From contig NC_092679.1 in the NCBI RefSeq assembly GCF_964355755.1, forward strand, positions 16,909,432 through 16,973,431: a DNA stretch of 64,000 bases, in the 5' to 3' direction. Both the position numbers and the translations under genes were made by a program. The notes beneath the pieces are model-generated. The model did no database searches, had not been told where the DNA came from, and saw nothing but the letters and a program-made list of their open reading frames with translations. This document shows positions 54,601 to 64,000 of the stretch, piece by piece. The stretch's first letter is position 1. Every line of letters starts with the position of its first letter. The stretch comes from Antedon mediterranea. Lineage: Eukaryota; Animalia; Echinodermata.

Positions 54601-57600
54601 TTTATATATAGATCTGAAAAATAATATATTAATTACTTATATAATGGTCATGGCATTTTGGATAATGGTTATTTTAAAAGGTCATCAATAAGTTATGGAA
54701 TTCAATTTCACTTTAAAAGATGTGTGTGAAGTTGCATTCTAAATGGCCTGTTAAATAGATTCACATTCAGATTCCATTCCTATCGTCGATAATAAATACA
54801 GTTTGAATACTTTTAAGTCATAGCCATATATTTTTATAGTATTCTGTCAATGATGAAAGGAATAAAATACAAATTAAGTAAACATAAAAAGAAATACTGT
54901 ATAGTAATAGTAGACTGTGAAATCTATGTTTAATCTGTCTGAAAAATATAAAGCATCTCGCTGACTAACTGATAGACTTTAAAGCGTTGATTATTCTAAC
55001 AGATTACCAACAGATTTCCCATATATACTGTCTGAAATATTCACTTGTAGCATTGACTAACCATACTGACTAAATTCTGAATGATTGTTGACTAATACTA
55101 GACTGAACGAATTTATGGATTGACTTTGGACTGATTTTTAGATTGACAATATTGATACCACCATGAATTTCCACTAACAGACTTGATGGGACTTAAAATA
55201 AATAGATTGAATGACATTATGGATTGACTAATGGACTGACTTTTAGATTGACAATTGGTACTATGTTTACTAATTAACTGAATTTCCACTAACAGACTTG
55301 ATGGACTTAAAACTAATAGATTGAATGACATTACGGATCGACTAAATGGACTGACTTTTAGATTGACAATTATACTATCTTTGATACTAATTAACTGAAT
55401 TTCCATTAACAGATTTTGATGGACTAAAAAACTATAATAGATTGAACGACATTATGGATTGTCTAATGGACTGAATTTTAGATTGACAATCGAATCAACT
55501 GAATTTCCACTAACAGACTTGATGGTCTAAAAAACTAATAGATTGAATGATATTATGGATTGACTATGGACTGACTTTTTGATTGACATTTGATCTAATC
55601 AACTAAATTTTGATTAACAGACTTGGATTAAAACGTATAATAGATTGAATGTCATTATGGATTGACTAAAATGGACTGACTTTGATTGACAATTGATACT
55701 ACATGTATCCTTACTAATTAACAGACTTGATGGACTAAAAACTAATGGACTAACTTTTATATTGAGAATTGATACTATCTTTACTAATTAATTTATAGAT
55801 TGAATGACATTATGGATTGACTCATGGACTGACTTCTAGATTGACAATTTATACTACTGTGACTAATATTATCTGAATTAGCATATAAAGAGTCTGATTG
55901 ATGGAGGACATTATGGATTGACTACTGTGACTAATTAACTGAATGTCCACTAATATAATTTCAATATATGAATACAAATGACAAAATTAAAATCTATTGT
56001 CAATTTTGATGAGCTTAAAAAATCCAAATCGTTTGCTATTTTTATTTCTCCTCTCATCAACAGAATGACAAAGTAAGGGTCAATTAATTACCCCCAATTC
56101 CCAGACAGAAAGAAAATTTATGAATATAAAGTGTATTATGAATAAGTTATTACAAATTTGTATCTGATATAGGATGCACAGGGAACAAGCAAGCAAAGTT
56201 TTTGAATAGTATCATGGACATGTTAATAACAGAGATGATGGGTGAACCAGCCTCATCAGTGACTCAAAAAGATAGGTATGTTGGCAAATACAGAAATATA
56301 TCGTTTTTTATATCTTCTTAGTTTTTTCTGGGAGCCAAGGTATAAAGTTTTAAACTTATATAGGTTTCCTTCCACACATATTATGTTTTTATCTTGCGTG
56401 TTAATATTATTATTTTATGTATTTTTAATATATGTGTGGAGAACATTTATTGAATATTTATTAAATATTGAATAAACGTATAAAGAAGTGAAGCATAACA
56501 ACAAGAAAACACAAATTTATGTTGAAAAATACCAATACACAAGTTAAAATTGTGGTACCAAAGAGTACTATTGTACTGTTGATTTTATTAAAGAAAGTGA
56601 ATAGAAAGATATTTAGAGTGAAGGATAAATGCAGGTGAGCATTTTTTTGGAATGTTTGCAAGATTTAGTAATGAGAAAGGGAATATCAGAATATAAAAAG
56701 AATATTACAGTACAGTCGGTAGTATACTAACCCTACTCTATATATTGTATATAAAGGAGAATAAACTTGGGACACACCCTAAAAAAAAAGAAGTTAAAAT
56801 TGTGGTATAGTACCATTGTGCACTTTCGAATGCCATATTTATAAAATATTCCATAGACTTGGTTCACACTTTGAATGCAAAATGCAAGGATGTAAGCTAA
56901 CCACATGCAATTAGACCAATCACAAAGCAGTGGATCATCTGAACGGTGGCTTGTGATTGGTCAACTGCTCACTTGTGTTGCTTCTACGTTGTTGTATTGT
57001 GGCAACTTTGATTTTAAAATCATCAATATAGGTATGATAATTATAACAATTGTTAAAATTATTATTTATAAAAAATAATTTCTTGTAGCTTCACAGATGC
57101 GAGTAAATCAGTTACTGAACGAGTAGCTAGATGGAAGTTCCTACATATGGACGCAAATAGTAACAATGCCATTGATAAGCGAGAACAAAGAGAATTTAAA
57201 TCTCAATTGGATGATCTGAGTGCCAGAAAAAAGTGCAAGAAGAACTTCATCCCCTACTGTGACAATGACAATGACTCTCGATTAACAATGGATGAATGGT
57301 TGAGCTGTTTGGGAATCAAAAACAGTAAGCGTTTTCGCTTTAAACTTCATTTTCTTTTTTCCAATTTACAATATCAAACCCGTAGAAAGGATTTTTACAG
57401 GGGGTTTGTTTTTTCAAGCAACTAAAGGAAAGATGGCTAGGTAGAAGTGGCCATAAAGGGGGAAAGTGCATGGAGCCTAAGCAACTGAAGAAAAGATAGA
57501 TTTAGGCCTACCTAATAGATGAAAACAATTTGCCTGCTGGCCATAAAGTTGTCATAAGTTATGCCTTATTTACTAGAACTTTTGCTGTTGTCTCTACTGT

Positions 57601-60308
57601 AGTTTGAAAATGGATAAGTAGTAGTAGGTTCACAAATTCAGATTAGATAATCAAAATGCTAGGCAAGTAAAAGATCATGCAGTCAAGGGCAATAAATTAA
57701 TACTGTAGGTGAAAAAAATCTTCACTGAAAAATCATCTTTGCTCTGAATGAACATTTTGACGATATGGTGAAGCAATTATCCATACCGAATTGTGAAAAA
57801 AATTGATTGGGGGTTTTATTTATTTCTTGAATAAACCTGGGGGAACAATGAAATGAACTGTTTTTCTTTATTTTTCAATCTATGTAATTAAGAACTTTGT
57901 TTCTTTTCAGCTTTAACTCCAACACCAACATCGGTGACTCGACGGGGCAAGAATCCTTTCAGTGAGTCTGTACCTCCGTTTTTTCTATGACACTGCACCC
58001 AGCTATCTGTTGTCTACCTCTCTGAGTCTTGCACATAACAGTAGTAAAAACCAGCATTCATGGATATTATTTATTGGTTCATAGCATAACAAATGCTTGT
58101 TGGTATTATAGATGCAATATAGCTTGAATATGAAACTAAAGGAGCACCAAAAATATTATCACACAAACAACATTCTAATCAAATTAATTTATTATGATTC
58201 AATATCAAGTATAGAGTTATTTATTAATTTATTTATTATTAGTGATATTTTATGGTAGATTAAACAACCATTCTTTGAATCAAGTTATATTATCAAAATA
58301 TTTAGTTTCATAATCAATGTTATATTATGGTAATATAAAAACTGCTATTTAAACCTAATAACTGTAGCTACTGGGATATGTTATGTTATGCTTTGCCATG
58401 TTTGTAGTATAGCTATATAAAAGAAGTTTGCTTGTGAGATAAATAATAAATTAACACTGGACTTTCATTTCTAAGCTTGTATTGACTGTATTTGAAATTT
58501 GCAGCAATAACAATTAAAATTTCTTTAGAAAATTATGAACAACATTCACATTATTGAAAACAAAAATTAATTAAAAATGTTCAAAAACTCTAAAACCAAC
58601 TAAAATCATGAGTATGTAACCAGGGAGTTGTAAAATAACAATTCCCTGGTATAACTGCTATAAAACATAATCTTTAGTAGAGTACAAATTATATAATACA
58701 AATTCAATATACAAAATTGAAAACAAAATAAAGCTTCTACGAAATCCATAAAAAAACATCTGTCTGTGTGTACTTGTACAGTTCCACATACACAATGGAA
58801 ATCAAATTAGTCTGACCTAAACGGACCACGCCACACATGGAACCAGATGATATTAAAATCAAGTTCTAAAAAAAAAAATCAGATTAATATAATTGACCTA
58901 AATATTACAATATCATTGCAATGTGGAAGAATTTTATAAGAACATTAAATTGAAATTTAATTGATTTACAACAGATTCGGAAATTTAAAATTTCTGGAAT
59001 AAATTTAGAAAGATGAAAGTGGACAAAGTTTAAGGACATAATAATTAAGTTCAGAAATTGAACCCCTGTTTTCACAATATTTAACCTACGCCTACGCCAG
59101 TTAATATACTTGGTCAATATTAATGTTTTTTTTTATGTTTGCGATGTTTAACATTATTTATTATGTAGTTTAGTTGTTATTTCTCTGACAAAGTGATTAT
59201 ATAAGTCTCCACCACCTCCCTCTCCCGTCACTAGGGAGCTTTCCATTTGCGATCGCCCACGGCAAAGACTAAACTATGTCATGTTAGTTCATTGTGCGCA
59301 TTCATGAATATCGAGATATGTGTTCTCGCTCCCCACCTCGGCACAGGTTTGGTGGTTTTTACGTCCAGGCAATGACCGACGACACATCGATTGACCTCAC
59401 CTAGGTTGGTTGCCAGTCGTCGAAAATCAAAAGCTGCCTATTATTTGGAATGAGTCTTAATCTGTAGGGGGACATTATGGTATGTTATCGAATGATTACA
59501 AAAAGGCATTTGCACAATGTTCTCCATCTTCAAGATAAAATGAATTATCATTTCTGGGCTAGTCCACCTCCAGGACCTACAAAACTTATTACTGTATTAA
59601 TCTAGGAGCCCAGGTTAAAGAGGTCTTTGAGCAAAATTCACTGAAAACTATTTACTGTTTCTTAGAAAATCATAAAAGCCACCTGTTGAATTGTTAATAC
59701 ATGAAAATGGAAATCAAATTAGAAACTGACCTAACTGGACCATGAAATGGAATTTGTCCTAATTTACATTATTTACTGTAAATGCGCTTTGTCATGTCTT
59801 TTTGTAAACTACATTATTAGTACTTTTGCATGGTATATTCTAGTAGCAATGATTATATCACACATAAATCACATAATGGAGAAGGTACTGTTGCACCTGT
59901 ATAAGGAATGCACTGACAACACTATATTTATTGGTAGTTAGAAATGATGGAACAATTGCACTATTCTGTCAGTTATTGGCTTTATTTGCATATAGTGAGG
60001 AACCACCTGTATATATTCAAATATGCACTAAACACTATTAGTATTATATTGCACTATTATATTCTCATTGTACTACAATCACACTAATTAATAAGTATAA
60101 TTAACGTCGTATAAACAATGTGTTGTCATACTGTAGTATTAGTAATTAGATAATGGCTAATTTGCATATGAAACACCTGTATGATAAATATGCACTGAAC
60201 CATGTAATACATGTAACACTGTACTATATGTTGTGTTGCTTTATTCTACTATCATAAACTGTATTAGATAACGTATTTATTAAATATTTTACAGGCATAT
60301 TGTCGTAA
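26903..60308 (+). CDS. SMOC1: SPARC-related modular calcium-binding protein (SMOC1/2 / Pentagone-like): signal peptide, Kazal, thyroglobulin-1, EC, thyroglobulin-1, EC; about 550 aa
   Basis: Exons 26903-26995 (signal peptide MDILFRHCLPLTAIIFSILFMEHACEA), 32716-32884 (Kazal, LLCGSDGLTYNSRC), 35455-35682 (TY, QC..YCWCV), 40568-40612, possibly 43078-43095, 44616-44939 (EC1), 47205-47258, 51840-51887, 54048-54338 (TY2), 56173-56275 and 57089-57324 (EC2), 57911-57961, 60295-60308 (..RRGKNPFSILS*). Phases are compatible. The micro-exons and last exon are less certain than the domain exons. Probably a pro-orthologue of both SMOC1 and SMOC2. Confidence 0.92.
27765..27957 (-). mobile_element. tRNA-derived SINE fragment
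   Basis: Minus strand: box B GGGTTCAATTCCCG followed by GTCTACTTAGCTGTAAATGAGTACC and GGAACTGGCCACCCTACC. Confidence 0.55.
29145..29591. mobile_element. Non-autonomous CACTA/EnSpm-type element
   Basis: Termini CACTGTTAAAATAGTG / CACTGTTTTTACAGTG; 2-bp TG duplication; many internal AAACATGT repeats in both orientations. Confidence 0.75.
30007..30372. repeat. Split inverted repeat (80-bp right arm; left arm in two pieces)
   Basis: 30293-30372 is the reverse complement of 30200-30228 plus 30007-30062 (one 4-bp indel). Confidence 0.92.
32990..35420. repeat. Compound minisatellite filling SMOC intron 2 (24-bp, 18-bp and longer derived units)
   Basis: (TATTGATTTGGTTTGATTGACTTG)n about 21 copies to ~33510, then (TTGATTTGGTTTGATTAA)n and longer variants; 380-bp internal duplication (34101 vs 34481). 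Confidence 0.95.
36306..36479. mobile_element. Palindromic Harbinger-like MITE
   Basis: AGGGTCTTTCACATCTGTTCCGGCACGG ... CCGTGCCGCAACAGGTGTGAAGGGCCT, with inner inverted repeat TCAATGTTTC / GAAACATTGA. Confidence 0.7.
38676..38806. mobile_element. Harbinger-like MITE, intact
   Basis: TIR AGCTCTGTCTACACTATCAAACTA; TTA target-site duplication on both sides. Confidence 0.9.
42575..43058. repeat. Three diverged tandem copies of a 165-195-bp unit
   Basis: AAGCTYCAGATTATTTTA and TTCCAGAMGATRGGAAATGGGAG each occur three times. Confidence 0.85.
46193..46362. mobile_element. MITE, same family as 23401-23599, with 6-bp target-site duplication
   Basis: CAGGCCTGGTCTTTT / AAAAGACAAGGCCTG; flanked by CCAACC on both sides; interior is the reverse complement of the 23401 copy. 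Confidence 0.85.
50767..51106 (+). mobile_element. Intact Kolobok-like (T2-type) MITE
   Basis: TTAA|AGATGTATTGTCCCCC ... GGGGGACAATACATCT|TTAA. A TTAA duplication with AG..CT termini fits Kolobok rather than piggyBac (CCY termini). Confidence 0.88.
51917..52250. repeat. 27-bp minisatellite (about 12 copies), related to the subterminal repeat of a Tc1/pogo-like MITE family
   Basis: (CTTCAGCACCTTAAATTAAAGGGACAC)n, preceded by TACAGT; a related TTAA-GGGACAC motif occurs in dispersed fragments near 500-650, 19610-19730, 20600-20740 and 44370-44500. Confidence 0.85.
55110..55950. repeat. Diverged 100-120-bp tandem repeat, about 7 copies
   Basis: GATTGAATGACATTATGGATTGACTAATGGACTGACTTTTAGATTGACAAT recurring at ~55205, 55319, 55440, 55541, 55643, 55797. 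Confidence 0.9.
56858..57000. mobile_element. Palindromic MITE family member (GACCAATCACAAG..CTTGTGATTGGTC core)
   Basis: Related fragments at ~7215-7345, 8970-9080, 19450-19617 and 25271-25385. Confidence 0.55.
59232..59440. mobile_element. MITE-like element with TAGGGAGCTTT / AAAGCTGCCTA ends
   Basis: Imperfect terminal inverted repeat around a GC-richer 200-bp island; single copy in the window. Confidence 0.5.
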
Positions 60309-63300
60309 CGAACGAACGAGCTGTTGCAGGATCGACGTAGGCTCCAGAATAAAAGACATTTAATTTAAAATACAAAACATGTGTAAAATGTCACCTACCG
60401 CTTTTAAAGTATATAAAATAAAATGTTGAGCCTCGAAAGGGACAAAGTCATTTACTATAGGCATTCCATAATTATTAATTTTATAAGGCTTTGGTATGCT
60501 TTACAATGTAATGTAAATCAATGTTAATTGTTGCGTTGTTTGAAAGTGAAAATTTGTGAGGGATGAGCGCAGAAAAAATAATAGAACACATGTTAATAAT
60601 TGTTAATAAATAATTTTAAAAATTAATGATTATTATAGAAATTAATAGTTTCCATGTAAAAATTACTGAGAGACAATAATTGACTATTTAATTAGGAAAA
60701 GCAATACCACTGAATTAAAATCAAATTTATTGATAGTGTTTGGTAGTCTATAAACGGTAACGTATTCTTTGGAACATACTGTACCTATTTTGGGGACACC
60801 TTTCTGTGAACAAATGATAAGAGCAATATATGTTTTTTTTAACTAGGTCAAACGGAGAAAAGGAGAAAATAGATTTTTGGGTAGTCATCCATTGAAGTTA
60901 AATGGGGTGGGGAGAAAATTCTATGATCATTTTGCAACTCCTACCTAGGGTGTGCTAATTGTACCACAGGGTGTGCTTAAAAGATTAACTTATTAGGCCT
61001 AGCATAAATTGGATGCTGTGCTTTTTTAATTATTATAAAAATATATTTAAAATATTACTTGGTTCTTGTTTATGGAACAATACATTGCTAGCCTTAAAAA
61101 GGATACATACCTGTACATGAATCTATACAATGGTACTGTATATTTATAATCAAACAATTGTGTAAAAAATAATTGGATGAAGGGTCAGTTGTCAATTGTA
61201 AATGAAACAGATATATAAAATGCAAATGAAAATACAATACTGTTGTCCACTTTTTGTATAACTACTGTATCATACTATAAAGCTAAGTGTTCAAAATATT
61301 TGTGCTGTAAATGCTTGTAAACTGATCAATGGATCAAAATGATAGAAAGCTAGCCGGGAAAGGATAGAAAATTGACCTCTATATCCTTTTTTTTATCTTT
61401 ACGAAATGTAAAGAATTGAACAGAACTACTGTTAATATATTATTTTTCACCATGAAAATTTATACTTAAATGTGTATACAACATAAAGGCTAACACTGAA
61501 CAAATGGATTAACAGAACATCAATGTAAAGTTTTACTGATGCACATGTTCAGACTAGAAGTGTCATGGTTTCTTATCTAAAGCAAGACCTTTTAATTTTC
61601 TAAATAAATGATGCCTAGAATTTAAAATGGAAGTTCTTTCGTCAATGGTTGTGATCACAGTTGTGCCAATTTCATTGTTGGTCAATCGCAAAATCACTGA
61701 TGCATCCTAAGTAGTTTACCTCATGCATTGTGAATTCCAGATTTGAAGAGCAACAGATGTCTTCCGTCAAAATATGTGGTTCACAAATGATGTAATCACG
61801 AGTGTTACTGGTCTATCACTGATTTTAACTTAGACTGTACCATGCATGGAGTGGGGGTGGGAATTAGTGGGTACACTAAAAATGTATAATTTTAAAACTC
61901 ATTTGACACAGTTTTATTTAAAAATTAAATCGCTTAAAATAGATATAGCATTACTAATGCATATTAAAGACACCGTCGTCACTACATGCCTTCAAAATCA
62001 AATCCTTTTTCAATCCAAAAATCAAATATTTGCTTCTTATTCTTATTTGTGCATCACAACTACTATACATACAGTAGAACTCAACATTATTCATTAATAA
62101 AGTTATACGTGTTACATTAAGCATTACTAATATTATTTTATTTTTGGACTGTCAAGTTTTATGCGACAAGGATTTTGACGTCAGGAGACACTGGAACGGG
62201 TGGAATCATGACTGTAATGTTTGCACTTAATGCCCTTGCTTTCAATAATAAATAAATCATCATCACTGACATTGACATTATCAATATTTTACAGTCAAAT
62301 GTCAGAAATTAAATTTTTTTTTTCAACTTCAAGTGAAGTTTATGATCACATTGCTGTCATTGAAGCATCCGAGGTCTGAGGTTAAAAGCTAATCAGAAAA
62401 AAAAAAGATTTAATTTCGTTCATGTTTGTATAATACATATTTCATACTTTTTATTGAAGTCAGCAAAAGACATGCTTTTCCATTTGGAGTAAGATCAATG
62501 TTTGGAGTCAGAGTTTTCAATAAAGTAAACGCTCTATGCTTTAAGTCAACACAAACGATGGTAAAAATCCAATAATTTTTCTTTCAAAGTAGAATAATGA
62601 TATTTAATTAGTTTTTATAACATTCTTTTCCATTTGAAGTGAGATCAATGTTTGGAGTCATAGTTTTCAACAAACTAAACGCTCCAATTTATCACTGTTT
62701 TGTACGCTGGGTACAAGAGTTCTTTTGAGGTATAATACTGATATTTAATAGTTTTTATTAAAATCTATACCAAAAGACCTGTTTTCCAAGTGATTGATGT
62801 TTGGAGTCTCAATTCTCATAACGTAATGCTCGTTGATATACAAAACTGGTTTTTAAAAGCCACACAAACAACGTTCGCACAGAGAAACATGAAGCTAGTT
62901 AGTATAGTATACTTCTGCATTAATCTGGCTGATTGGTTCGTCTGCTACAAAAGAAACATTTTCGACACATAGTGGAGATGCTTCAAATCAGAGTTTCAAT
63001 TCCAATCACAAAAACATAACACTCGTCTCAACTAGATGTACTGTATATTACTAGTTTTTTTTTTAATTCATACAAACGACGTACCGGTACTAGATGATGA
63101 TTATCGAGTTTAGAACTTATTGTCCTATCAGAAATGTAAAGCGAGTTAGTATAATGAACTTGGCGATTGCGTATTAATGAAAAAGTGCGATTGTGTTCAC
63201 TATTGGTTTAACTCCACCTCCGCAATTAGCTAATGCCACTGGCACAAATACACAGCAGAATTTTAATGATGAATTAAAATATTAATTGAAATATTAATAA

Positions 63301-63834
63301 TAAACATGTTTTGAATTGCACCCAAATAACTGTTCATTCATCTTTGAATTGTCCATTTCGACTTCCAAACGTAGCTAATTAAAATAGTTTATCATCAGAT
63401 GATATTGATATTCTCAAAAAAACCAGTAATTCGTCTCATAAAAATATATTTATATTTTATCTACAAATTGCGGAAAATTCAATATTAACTCTATAGTGGC
63501 ACGCATCCAACAATTCAATCAAGAAATTTATATCATTGCAATTTTTATGACATTGATGCACGTTGGGATTTACAATAAAGACGACCTACCCACATCATTC
63601 AGATTGCGACAACGTTGATAACTGAAAACATGTCAATCAATTACCTGTCAATTAGTCATCATCCTTTATGTACTGTAACCGTTTGGCTTGAGAATCTTCG
63701 TGTTTCTTGCGTATTAGTTGCATCTGTCTTTTATTTCCATTTTTCCTGGAATAAAACAACAAATTCACAGTCATCGTACATTTAACAAATAAAAATGTTA
63801 TCGGTATTTGGCAGAAGTATTTAATATTTATTTT

Positions 63835-64000
63835 TAATTTCATGCGCATCCAAAAGTATGTTTAATATTTTTTTTAAATTTCATACGCATCCAAAAACAA
63901 GAAACTTGCCAATTACAGGACGGATAAAACTAATTCTCTTTGAGTGGAGTAGAAAGATTTGTGACCGACACAAGGTCAGGATTGAACCCTGGGATTGGAA
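63835..64000 (-). mobile_element. tRNA-derived SINE, same family as 1480-1645, running off the window end
   Basis: Minus strand TTCCAATCCCAGGGTTCAATCCTGAC..TCCTGTAATTGGC..TTGGATGCGTATG. Confidence 0.65.

Noticed and set aside
63645-63745. Minus-strand exon-like segment with AG/GT boundaries
   Set aside because: All frames contain stops, no homology recognised and no partner exon in the window.

Overview
AT-rich, intron-rich animal (invertebrate) genomic DNA; the repeat families would fit a marine deuterostome such as an echinoderm, but that is inference. Three spliced genes were reconstructed by hand, with GT-AG boundaries and consistent reading phases: (1) the 3' part of cobalamin-dependent methionine synthase (MTR, + strand, 11 exons, 361-8031); (2) a complete asparaginase/60-kDa lysophospholipase with ankyrin repeats (ASPG, - strand, 12 exons, 24462-16837, 635 aa); (3) a complete SMOC/Pentagone-type secreted protein (+ strand, 26903-60308, signal peptide-Kazal-TY-EC-TY-EC, with several micro-exons), head-to-head with ASPG. 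The most unusual feature lies between the convergent MTR and ASPG 3' ends. It is a ~6.5-kb tandem array (287-bp unit, 2198-bp higher-order duplication) built almost entirely from two long imperfect palindromes, and it directly abuts a truncated 5S rRNA-like sequence. Introns carry MITEs (Kolobok-, Harbinger-, hAT-, CACTA- and Tc1/pogo-like), tRNA-SINEs, an L2 relic and several minisatellites. Comparing repeat copies within the window shows TA-CWG-TA type insertions consistent with transposon excision footprints. No prokaryotic-type system (CRISPR, integron, phage) is supported; most ORFs in the supplied track are exon fragments or repeat artefacts.
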